NCBI GenBank assembly: GCA_964247055.1
Contig: OZ176053.1
Span: forward strand, 13,082,001 to 13,146,000
Reading direction: 5' to 3'
DNA: 64,000 nucleotides
DNA from: Paragordius varius
Lineage: Eukaryota; Animalia; Nematomorpha
This document shows positions 1-13,099 of this stretch, one piece after another. The translations under genes and the position numbers were made by a program. The notes under the pieces were generated by a model that was given only the letters and a program-made list of their open reading frames with translations, was not told the origin of the DNA and searched no databases. Position 1 is the stretch's first letter. Each line of letters begins with the position of its first letter.

Positions 1-1056
1 ACTTTAAAAATTAATGTGTTAAACTAGTCGCATACTCAAGTTAAACTTTGTCCTTAAAAATCGGATATTGGTCACCGGTGAACAAAATTATTTTTTATAC
101 ATTCTCTTAGTAAGACTACATTAAAATATAGAGATAGTTTGACAAACTCTTTCATATCCGATTTTTACAACGATACTTTAAAAATTAATGTATAAAACTA
201 GTCGTATCAATAAATCGTATCAATACTCAAGTTAAACTTTGTCCTTAAAAATCGGATATTGGTCACCGGTGAACAAAATTATTTTTTATACATTCTCTTA
301 GTAGGACTACATTAAAATATAGAGATATTTTGACAAACTCTTTCATATCCGATTTTTACAACGATACTTTAAAAATTAATGTGTTAAACTAGTCGCATTA
401 ATAATCAAGTTAAACTTTGTCCTTAAAAATCGGATATTGGTCACCGGTGAACAAAATAATTTTTTATACATTCTCTTAGTAAGACTACATCAAAATATAG
501 AGATAGTTTGACAAACTCTTTCCATATCCGATTTTTACAACGATACTTTAAAAATTAATGTGTTAAACTAGTCGCATCAATACTCAAGTTAAACTTTGTC
601 CTTAAAAATCGGATATTGGTCACCGAACAAAATTATTTTTTATACATTCTCTTAGTAAGACTACTTGAAAATATAGAGATAGTTTGACAAACTCTTTCAT
701 ATCCGATTAAAAATTAATGTATTAAACTAGTCGCATCAATATTCAAGTTAAACTTTGTCCTTAAAAATCGGATATTGGTCACCGGTGAACAAAATAATTT
801 TTATACATTCTAGTAAGACTACATCAAAATATAGAGATAGTTTGACAAACTCTTTCCATATCCGATTTTTACAACGATACTTTAAAAATTAATGTATTAA
901 ACTAGTCGCATGATTACTCAAGTTAAACTTTGTCCTTAAAAATCGGATATTGGTCCCCGGTGAACCAAATAATTTTTTATACATTCTCTTAGTAAGACTA
1001 CATCAAAATATAGAGATAGTTTGACAAACTCTTTCATATCCGATTTTTACAACGAT

Positions 1057-1234
1057 ACTTTAAAAATTAATGTATTAAACTAGTCGCATCAATACTCAAG
1101 TTAAACTTTGTCCTTAAAAATCGGATATTGGTCACCGGTGAACAAAATTATTTTTTATACATTCTCTTAGTAAGACTACATCAAATAATAGAGATAGTTT
1201 GACAAACTCTTTCATATCCGATTTTTACAACGAT
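1057..1234 (+). repeat. Representative 178-bp monomer with internal 14-bp inverted repeat and several short palindromes
   Basis: TAAAAATCGGATAT 1115-1128 / ATATCCGATTTTTA 1214-1227; ACTAGT 1079-1084; TCACCGGTGA 1132-1141; TCTTA-G-TAAGA 1165-1175; also AAGTT-A-AACTT and AGTTTG-A-CAAACT. Confidence 0.97.
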
Positions 1235-4200
1235 ACTTTATAAATTAATGTATAAAACTAGTCGTATCAATAAGTCGCATCAATACTCAAGTTAAACTTA
1301 TCCTTAAAAATCGGATATTGGTCCCCGGTGAACAAAATAATTTTTTATACATTCTCTTAGCAAGACTACATCAAAATATAAAGATAGTTTGACAAACTCT
1401 TTCATATCCGATTTTTACAACGATACTTTAAAAATTAATGTATTAAACTAGTCGCATCAATACTCAAGTTAAACTTTGTCCTTAAAAATCGGATATTGGT
1501 CACCGGTAAACAAAATAATTTTTTATACATTCTCTTAGCAAGACTACATCAAATAATAGAGATAGTTTGACAAACTCTTTCATATCCGATTTTTACAACG
1601 ATACTTTATAAATTAATGTATAAAACTAGTCGTATCAATAAGTCGCATCAATACTCAAGTTAAACTTTGTCCTTAAAAATCGGATATTGGTTACCGGTGA
1701 ACAAAATAATCTTTTATACATTCTCTTAGTAAGACTACATCAAATTATAGAGATAGTTTGACAAACTCTTTCATATCCGAATTTTACAACGATACTTTAA
1801 AAATTATGGTATAACCAGTCGCATCAATACTCAAGTTAAACTTTGTCCTTAAAAATCGGATATTGGTCACCGGTGAACAAAATTATTTTTTATACATTCT
1901 CTTAGTAAGACTACATCAAAATATAGAGATATTTTGACAAACTCTTTCATATCCGATTTTTACAACGATACTTTAAAAATTAATGTGTTAATCTAGTCGC
2001 ATTAATACTCAAGTTAAACTTTGTCCTTAAAAATCGGATATTGGTCACCGGTGAACAAAATAATTTTTTATACATTCTCTTAGTAAGACTACATCAAAAT
2101 ATAGAGATAGTTTGACAAACTCTTTCCATATCCGAATTTTACAACGATACTTTAAAAATTAATGTGTTAAACTAGTCGCATACTCAAGTTAAACTTTGTC
2201 CTTAAAAATCGGATATTGGTCACCGGTGAACAAAATTATTTTTTATACATTCTCTTAGTAAGACTACATTAAAATATAGAGATAGTTTGACAAACTCTTT
2301 CATATCCGATTTTTACAACGATACTTTAAAAATTAATGTATAAAACTAGTCGTATCAATAAATCGTATCAATAGTCAAGTTAAACTTTGTCCTTAAAAAT
2401 CGGATATTGGTCACCGGTGAACAAAATTATTTTTTATACATTCTCTTAGTAGGACTACATTAAAATATAGAGATAGTTTGGCAAACTCTTTCCTATCCGG
2501 ATTGTACAACGATACTTTAAAAATTAATGTATTAAACTAGTCGCATCAATACTCAAGTTAAACTTTGTCCTTAAAAATCGGATATTGGTCATCGGTGAAC
2601 AAAATAATTTTTTATACATTCTCTTAGCAAGACTACATCAAATAATAGAGATAGTTTGACAAACTCTTTCATATCCGATTATTACAACAATACTTTATAT
2701 ATTAATGTATAAAACTAATCGTATCAATAAGTCGCATCAATACTCAAGTTAAACTTTGTCCTTAAAAATCGGATATTGGTCACCGGTGAACAAAATAATT
2801 TTTTATACATTCTCTTAGTAAGACTACATCAAAATATAGAGATAGTTTGACAAACTCTTTCATATCCGGATTGTACAACGATACTTTAAAAATTATGGTA
2901 TTAAACCAGTCGCATCAATACTCAAGTTAAACTTTGTCCTTAAAAATCGGATATTGGTCACCGGTGAACAAAATTACTTTTTATACATTCTCTTAGTAAG
3001 ACTACATCAAAATATAGAGATAGTTTGACAAACTCTTTCATATCCGATTTTTACAACGATACTTTAAAAATTAATGTATTAAACTAGTCGCATCAATATT
3101 CAAGTTAAACTTTGTCCTTAAAAATCGGATATTGGTCACCGGTGAACAAAATAATTTTTTATACATTCTCTTAGCAAGACTACATCAAATAATAGAGATA
3201 GTTTGACAAACTCTTTCATATCCGATTTTTACAACGATACTTTATAAATTAATGTATAAAACTAGTCGTATCAATAAGTCGCATCAATACTCAAGTTAAA
3301 CTTTGTCCTTAAAAATCGGATATTGGTCACCGGTGAACAAAATAATCTTTTATACATTCTCTTAGTAAGACTACATCAAATTATAGAGATAGTTTGACAA
3401 ACTCTTTCATATCCGATTTTTACAACGATACTTTAAAAATTATGGTATAACCAGTCGCATCAATACTCAAGTTAAACTTTGTCCTTAAAAATCGGATATT
3501 GGTCACCGGTGAACAAAATTATTTTTTATACATTCTCTTAGCAAGACTACATCAAATAATAGAGATAGTTTGACAAACTCCTTCATATCCGATTTTTACA
3601 ACGATACTTTATAAATTAATGTATAAAACTAGTCGTATCAATAAGTCGCATCAATACTCAAGTTAAACTTTGTCCTTAAACATCGGATATTGGTCACCGG
3701 TGAACAAAATAATTTTTTATACATTCTCTTAGTAAGACTACATCAAAATATAGAGATAGTTTGACAAACTCTTTCATATCTGATTTTTACAACGATACTT
3801 TAAAAATTATGGTATTAAACCAGTCGCATCAATACTCAAGTTAAACTTTGTCCTTAAAAATCGGATATTGGTCACCGGTGAACAAAATAATTTTTTATAC
3901 ATTCTCTTAGCAAGACTACATCAAATAATAGAGATAGTTTGACAAACTCTTTCATATCCGATTTTTACAACGATACTTTATAAATTAATGTATAAAACTA
4001 GTCGTATCAATAAGTCGCATCAATACTCAAGTTAAACTTTGTCCTTAAAAATCGGATATTGGTCACCGGTGAACAAAATAATCTTTTATACATTCTCTTA
4101 GTAAGACTACATCAAATTATAGAGATAGTTTGACAAACTCTTTCATATCCGATTTTTACAACGATACTTTAAAAATTATGGTATAACCAGTCGCATCAAT

Positions 4201-6119
4201 ACTCAAGTTAATCTTTGTCCTTAAAAATCGGATATTGGTCACCGGTGAACAAAATTATTTTTTATACATTCTCTTAGTAAGACTACATCAAAATATAGAG
4301 ATATTTTGACAAACTCTTTCATATCCGATTTTTACAACGATACTTTAAAAATTAATGTGTTAAACTAGTCGCATTAATACTCAAGTTAAACTTTGTCCTT
4401 AAAAATCGGATATTGGTCACCGGTGAACAAAATTATTTTTTATACATTCTCTTAGTAAGACTACATCAAAATATAGAGATATTTTGACAAACTCTTTCAT
4501 ATCCGATTTTTACAACGATACTTTATAAATTAATGTATAAAACTAGTCGTATCAATAAGTCGCATCGTTAAACTTTGTCCTTAAAAATCGGATATTGGTC
4601 ACCGGTGAACAAAATAATCTTTTATACATTCTCTTAGTAAGACTACATTAAATTATAGAGATAGTTTGACAAACTCTTTCATATCCGATTTTTACAACGA
4701 TACTTTAAAAATTATGGTATAACCAGTCGCATCAATACTCAAGTTAAACTTTGTCCTTAAAAATCGGATATTGGTCACCGGTGAACAAAATTATTTTTTA
4801 TACATTCTCTTAGTAAGACTACATCAAAATATAGAGATATTTTGACAAACTCTTTCATATCCGATTTTTACAACGATACTTTAAAAATTTATGTATTAAA
4901 CTAGTCGCATCAATACTCAAGTTAAACTTTGTCCTTAAAAATCGGATATTGGTCATCGGTGAACAAAATAATTTTTTATACATTCTCTTAGCAAGACTAC
5001 ATCAAATAATAGAGATAGTTTGACAAACTCTTTATATCCGATTATTACAACAATACTTTATATATTAATGTATAAAACTAATCGTATCAATAAGTCGCAT
5101 CAATACTCAAGTTAAACTTTGTCCTTAAAAATCGGATATTGGTCACCGGTGAACAAAATAATTTTTTATACATTCTCTTAGTAAGACTACATCAAAATAT
5201 AGAGATAGTTTGACAAACTCTTTCATATCCGGATTGTACAACGATACTTTAAAAATTATGGCATTAAACCAGTCGCATCAATACTCAAGTTAAACTTTGT
5301 CCTTAAAAATCGGATATTGGTCACCGGTGAACAAAATAATTTTTTATACATTCTCTTAGCAAGACTACATCAAATAATAGAGATAATTTGACAAACTCTT
5401 TCATATCCGATTTTTACAACGATACTTTATAAATTAATGTATAAAACTAGTCGTATCAATAAGTCGCATCAATACTCAAGTTAAACTTTGTCCTTAAAAA
5501 TCGGATATTGGTTACCAGTGAACAAAATAATCTTATATACATTCTCTTAGTAAGACTACATCAAATTATAGAGATAGTTTGACAAACTCTTTCATATCCG
5601 ATTTTTACAACGATACTTTAAAAATTATGGTATAACCAGTCGCATCAATACTCAAGTTAAACTTTGTCCTTAAAAATCGGATATTGGTCACCGGTGAACA
5701 AAATAATTTTTTATACATTCTCTTAGCAAGACTACATCAAATAATAGAGATAGTTTGACAAACTCCTTCATATCCGATTTTTACAACGATACTTTATAAA
5801 TTAATGTATAAAACTAGTCGTATCAATAAGTCGCATCAATACTCAAGTTAAACTTTGTCCTTAAAAATCGGATATTGGTCACCGGTGAACAAAATAATCT
5901 TTTATACATTCTCTTAGTAAGACTACATCAAATTATAGAGATAGTTTGACAAACTCTTTCATATCCGATTTTTACAACGATACTTTAAAAATTATGGTAT
6001 AACCAGTCGCATCAATACTCAAGTTAAACTTTGTCCTTAAAAATCGGATATTGGTCACCGGTGAACAAAATTATTTTTTATACATTCTCTTAGCAAGACT
6101 ACATCAAATAATAGAGATA

Positions 6120-6790
6120 GTTTGAAAAATTCTTTCATATCCGATTTTTACAACGATACTTTAAAAATTTATGTATAAAACTAGTCGCATCAATACTCAA
6201 GTTAAACTTTGTCCTTAAAAATCGGATATTGGTCACCGGTGAACAAAACTATTTTTTATACATTCTTTTAGTAAGACTACATTAAAATATAGAGATAGTT
6301 TGACAAATTCTTTCATATCCGATTTTTACAACGATACTTTAAAAATTTATGTATAAAACTAGTCGCATCAATACTCAAGTTAAACTTTGTCAAAAATCGG
6401 ATATTGGTCACCGGTGAACAAAACTATTTTTTATAATTCTTTTAGTATGACTACATCAAAATATAGAGATAGTTTGACAAACTCTTTATTATCTGATTTT
6501 TACAACGATACTTTAAAAATTAATGTATAATTTAGCATACGACAATATTCAAGTTAAACTTTGTCCTTAAAAATCGGATATTGGTAACCGGTGAACGAAA
6601 CTATTTTCTATACATTCTCTTAGAAGGACTACATTAAAATATAGAGATAGTTTGACAAACTCTTTCATATCCGATTTTTACAACGATACTTTAAAAATTA
6701 ATGTATAAAACTAATCGCATCAATACTCAAGTTAAACTTTGTCTTTAAAAATCGGATATTGGTCACCGGTGAACAAAATTATTTTTTATA
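6120..6790 (+). repeat. Block of ~4 diverged monomers
   Basis: Dense private changes such as TTATAATTCTTTTAGTATGA, TAATGTATAATTTAGCATACGACAATATTC and GGTAACCGGTGAACGAAACTATTTTCTA. Inverted copy at ~20670-21340. Confidence 0.9.
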
Positions 6791-9700
6791 CATTCTCTTA
6801 GTAAGACTACATGAAAATATAGAGATAGTTTGACAGACTCTTTCATATCCGATTTTTACAACGATACTTTATAAATTAATGTATTAAACTAGTCGCATCA
6901 ATATTCAAGTTAAACTTTGTCCTTAAAACTCGGATATTGGTCACGGTGAACAAAATAATTTTTTATACATTCTCTTAGCAAGACTACATCAAATAATAGA
7001 GATAGTTTGACAAACTCCTTCATATCCGATTTTTACAACGATACTTTATAAATTAATGTATAAAACTAGTCGTATCAATAAGTCGCATCAATACTCAAGT
7101 TAAACTTTGTCCTTAAACATCGGATATTGGTCACCGGTGAACAAAATAATTTTTTATACATTCTCTTAGTAAGACTACATCAAAATATAGAGATAGTTTG
7201 ACAAACTCTTTCATATCTGATTTTTACAACGATACTTTAAAAATTATGGTATTAAACCAGTCGCATCAATACTCAAGTTAAACTTTGTCCTTAAAAATCG
7301 GATATTGGTCACCGGTGAACAAAATAATTTTTTATACATTCTCTTAGCAAGACTACATCAAATAATAGAGATAGTTTGACAAACTCTTTCATATCCGATT
7401 TTTACAACGATACTTTATAAATTAATGTATAAAACTAGTCGTATCAATAAGTCGCATCAATACTCAAGTTAAACTTTGTCCTTAAAAATCGGATATTGGT
7501 TACCGGTGAACAAAATAATCTTTTATACATTCTCTTAGTAAGACTACATCAAATTATAGAGATAGTTTGACAAACTCTTTCATATCCGAATTTTACAACG
7601 ATACTTTAAAAATTATGGTATAACCAGTCGCATCAATACTCAAGTTAAACTTTGTCCTTAAAAATCGGATATTGGTCACCGGTGAACAAAATTATTTTTT
7701 ATACATTCTCTTAGTAAGACTACATCAAAATATAGAGATATTTTGACAAACTCTTTCATATCCGATTTTTACAACGATACTTTAAAAATTAATGTGTTAA
7801 TCTAGTCGCATTAATACTCAAGTTAAACTTTGTCCTTAAAAATCGGATATTGGTCACCGGTGAACAAAATAATTTTTTATACATTCTCTTAGTAAGACTA
7901 CATCAAAATATAGAGATAGTTTGACAAACTCTTTCTATATCCGAATTTTACAACGATACTTTAAAAATTAATGTGTTAAACTAGTCGCATACTCAAGTTA
8001 AACTTTGTCCTTAAAAATCGGATATTGGTCACCGGTGAGCAAAATTATTTTTTATACATTCTCTTAGTAAGACTACATTAAAATATAGAGATAGTTTGAC
8101 AAACTCTTTCATATCCGATTTTTACAACGATACTTTAAAAATTAATGTATAAAACTAGTCGTATCAATAAATCGTATCAATACTCAAGTTAAACTTTGTC
8201 CTTAAAAATCGGATATTGGTCACCGGTGAACAAAATTATTTTTTATACATTCTCTTAGTAGGACTACATTAAAATATAGAGATATTTTGACAAACTCTTT
8301 CATATCCGATTTTTACAACGATACTTTAAAAATTAATGTGTTAAACTAGTCGCATTAATAATCAAGTTAAACTTTGTCCTTAAAAATCGGATATTGGTCA
8401 CCGGTGAACAAAATAATTTTTTATACATTCTCTTAGTAAGACTACATTAAAATATAGAGATAGTTTGACAAACTCTTTCATATCCGATTTTTACAACGAT
8501 ACTTTAAAAATTAATGTATAAAACTAGTCGTATCAATAAATCGTATCAATACTCAAGTTAAACTTTGTCCTTAAAAATCGGATATTGGTCACCGGTGAAC
8601 AAAATTATTTTTTATACATTCTCTTAGTAGGACTACATTAAAATATAGAGATAGTTTGGCAAACTCTTTCCTATCCGGATTGTACAACGATACTTTAAAA
8701 ATTAATGTATTAAACTAGTCGCATCAATACTCAAGTTAAACTTTGTCCTTAAAAATCGGATATTGGTCATCGGTGAACAAAATAATTTTTTATACATTCT
8801 CTTAGCAAGACTACATCAAATAATAGAGATAGTTTGACAAACTCTTTCATATCCGATTATTACAACAATACTTTATATATTAATGTATAAAACTAATCGT
8901 ATCAATAAGTCGCATCAATACTCAAGTTAAACTTTGTCCTTAAAAATCGGATATTGGTCACCGGTGAACAAAATAATTTTTTATACATTCTCTTAGTAAG
9001 ACTACATCAAAATATAGAGATAGTTTGACAAACTCTTTCATATCCGGATTGTACAACGATACTTTAAAAATTATGGTATTAAACCAGTCGCATCAATACT
9101 CAAGTTAAACTTTGTCCTTAAAAATCGGATATTGGTCACCGGTGAACAAAATTACTTTTTATACATTCTCTTAGTAAGACTACATCAAAATATAGAGATA
9201 GTTTGACAAACTCTTTCATATCCGATTTTTACAACGATACTTCTAAAATTAATGTATTAAACTAGTCGCATCAATATTCAAGTTAAACTTTGTCCTTAAA
9301 AATCGGATATTGGTCACCGGTGAACAAAATAATTTTTTATACATTCTCTTAGCAAGACTACATCAAATAATAGAGATAGTTTGACAAACTCTTTCATATC
9401 CGATTTTTACAACGATACTTTATAAATTAATGTATAAAACTAGTCGTATCAATAAGTCGCATCAATACTCAAGTTAAACTTTGTCCTTAAAAATCGGATA
9501 TTGGTCACCGGTGAACAAAATAATCTTTTATACATTCTCTTAGTAAGACTACATCAAATTATAGAGATAGTTTGACAAACTCTTTCATATCCGATTTTTA
9601 CAACGATACTTTAAAAATTATGGTATAACCAGTCGCATCAATACTCAAGTTAAACTTTGTCCTTAAAAATCGGATATTGGTCACCGGTGAACAAAATTAT

Positions 9701-12700
9701 TTTTTATACATTCTCTTAGCAAGACTACATCAAATAATAGAGATAGTTTGACAAACTCCTTCATATCCGATTTTTACAACGATACTTTATAAATTAATGT
9801 ATAAAACTAGTCGCATCAATATTCAAGTTAAACTTTGTCCTTAAAAATCGGATATTGGTCACCGGTGAACAAAATAATTTTTTATACATTCTCTTAGCAA
9901 GACTACATCAAATAATAGAGATAGTTTGACAAACTCTTTCATATCCGATTTTTACAACGATACTTTATAAATTAATGTATAAAACTAGTCGTATCAATAA
10001 GTCGCATCAATACTCAAGTTAAACTTTGTCCTTAAAAATCGGATATTGGTCACCGGTGAACAAAATAATCTTTTATACATTCTCTTAGTAAGACTACATG
10101 AAAATATAGAGATAGTTTGACAGACTCTTTCATATCCGATTTTTACAACGATACTTTATAAATTAATGTATTAAACTAGTCGCATCAATATTCAAGTTAA
10201 ACTTTGTCCTTAAAACTCGGATATTGGTCACGGTGAACAAAATAATTTTTTATACATTCTCTTAGCAAGACTACATCAAATAATAGAGATAGTTTGACAA
10301 ACTCCTTCATATCCGATTTTTACAACGATACTTTATAAATTAATGTATAAAACTAGTCGTATCAATAAGTCGCATCAATACTCAAGTTAAACTTTGTCCT
10401 TAAACATCGGATATTGGTCACCGGTGAACAAAATAATTTTTTATACATTCTCTTAGTAAGACTACATCAAAATATAGAGATAGTTTGACAAACTCTTTCA
10501 TATCTGATTTTTACAACGATACTTTAAAAATTATGGTATTAAACCAGTCGCATCAATACTCAAGTTAAACTTTGTCCTTAAAAATCGGATATTGGTCACC
10601 GGTGAACAAAATAATTTTTTATACATTCTCTTAGCAAGACTACATCAAATAATAGAGATAGTTTGACAAACTCTTTCATATCCGATTTTTACAACGATAC
10701 TTTATAAATTAATGTATAAAACTAGTCGTATCAATAAGTCGCATCAATACTCAAGTTAAACTTTGTCCTTAAAAATCGGATATTGGTTACCGGTGAACAA
10801 AATAATCTTTTATACATTCTCTTAGTAAGACTACATCAAATTATAGAGATAGTTTGACAAACTCTTTCATATCCGAATTTTACAACGATACTTTAAAAAT
10901 TATGGTATAACCAGTCGCATCAATACTCAAGTTAAACTTTGTCCTTAAAAATCGGATATTGGTCACCGGTGAACAAAATTATTTTTTATACATTCTCTTA
11001 GTAAGACTACATCAAAATATAGAGATATTTTGACAAACTCTTTCATATCCGATTTTTACAACGATACTTTAAAAATTAATGTGTTAATCTAGTCGCATTA
11101 ATACTCAAGTTAAACTTTGTCCTTAAAAATCGGATATTGGTCACCGGTGAACAAAATAATTTTTTATACATTCTCTTAGTAAGACTACATCAAAATATAG
11201 AGATAGTTTGACAAACTCTTTCTATATCCGAATTTTACAACGATACTTTAAAAATTAATGTGTTAAACTAGTCGCATACTCAAGTTAAACTTTGTCCTTA
11301 AAAATCGGATATTGGTCACCGGTGAACAAAATTATTTTTTATACATTCTCTTAGTAAGACTACATTAAAATATAGAGATAGTTTGACAAACTCTTTCATA
11401 TCCGATTTTTACAACGATACTTTAAAAATTAATGTATAAAACTAGTCGTATCAATAAATCGTATCAATACTCAAGTTAAACTTTGTCCTTAAAAATCGGA
11501 TATTGGTCACCGGTGAACAAAATTATTTTTTATACATTCTCTTAGTAGGACTACATTAAAATATAGAGATATTTTGACAAACTCTTTCATATCCGATTTT
11601 TACAACGATACTTTAAAAATTAATGTGTTAAACTAGTCGCATTAATAATCAAGTTAAACTTTGTCCTTAAAAATCGGATATTGGTCACCGGTGAACAAAA
11701 TAATTTTTTATACATTCTCTTAGTAAGACTACATTAAAATATAGAGATAGTTTGACAAACTCTTTCATATCCGATTTTTACAACGATACTTTAAAAATTA
11801 ATGTATAAAACTAGTCGTATCAATAAATCGTATCAATACTCAAGTTAAACTTTGTCCTTAAAAATCGGATATTGGTCACCGGTGAACAAAATTATTTTTT
11901 ATACATTCTCTTAGTAGGACTACATTAAAATATAGAGATAGTTTGGCAAACTCTTTCCTATCCGGATTGTACAACGATACTTTAAAAATTAATGTATTAA
12001 ACTAGTCGCATCAATACTCAAGTTAAACTTTGTCCTTAAAAATCGGATATTGGTCATCGGTGAACAAAATAATTTTTTATACATTCTCTTAGCAAGACTA
12101 CATCAAATAATAGAGATAGTTTGACAAACTCTTTCATATCCGATTATTACAACAATACTTTATATATTAATGTATAAAACTAATCGTATCAATAAGTCGC
12201 ATCAATACTCAAGTTAAACTTTGTCCTTAAAAATCGGATATTGGTCACCGGTGAACAAAATAATTTTTTATACATTCTCTTAGTAAGACTACATCAAAAT
12301 ATAGAGATAGTTTGACAAACTCTTTCATATCCGGATTGTACAACGATACTTTAAAAATTATGGTATTAAACCAGTCGCATCAATACTCAAGTTAAACTTT
12401 GTCCTTAAAAATCGGATATTGGTCACCGGTGAACAAAATTACTTTTTATACATTCTCTTAGTAAGACTACATCAAAATATAGAGATAGTTTGACAAACTC
12501 TTTCATATCCGATTTTTACAACGATACTTCTAAAATTAATGTATTAAACTAGTCGCATCAATATTCAAGTTAAACTTTGTCCTTAAAAATCGGATATTGG
12601 TCACCGGTGAACAAAATAATTTTTTATACATTCTCTTAGCAAGACTACATCAAATAATAGAGATAGTTTGACAAACTCTTTCATATCCGATTTTTACAAC

Positions 12701-13099
12701 GATACTTTATAAATTAATGTATAAAACTAGTCGTATCAATAAGTCGCATCAATACTCAAGTTAAACTTTGTCCTTAAAAATCGGATATTGGTCACCGGTG
12801 AACAAAATAATCTTTTATACATTCTCTTAGTAAGACTACATCAAATTATAGAGATAGTTTGACAAACTCTTTCATATCCGATTTTTACAACGATACTTTA
12901 AAAATTATGGTATAACCAGTCGCATCAATACTCAAGTTAAACTTTGTCCTTAAAAATCGGATATTGGTCACCGGTGAACAAAATTATTTTTTATACATTC
13001 TCTTAGCAAGACTACATCAAATAATAGAGATAGTTTGACAAACTCCTTCATATCCGATTTTTACAACGATACTTTATAAATTAATGTATAAAACTAGTC
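6790..13099 (+). repeat. Near-tandem duplication, period 3287 bp (18 monomers): ~6790-9812 / ~10077-13099
   Basis: TGACAGACTC 6831/10118, TTTGGCAAA 8659/11946, CTTCTAAAA 9243/12530, all offset 3287. Confidence 0.9.

Noticed and set aside
1057-1234. Identity with Arabidopsis CEN178/CEN180, primate alpha satellite or Drosophila 1.688
   Set aside because: Only the length is similar to CEN178. I see no HindIII AAGCTT or other motifs I recall from those families. The family is left unnamed pending a database search.
1057-1234. Helically phased A-tracts (intrinsic curvature)
   Set aside because: A/T tracts are abundant (consensus ~6, 21, 47, 60, 88, 95, 127, 148, 166), but a consistent 10-11-bp phase is not evident by eye. 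It needs a curvature calculation.
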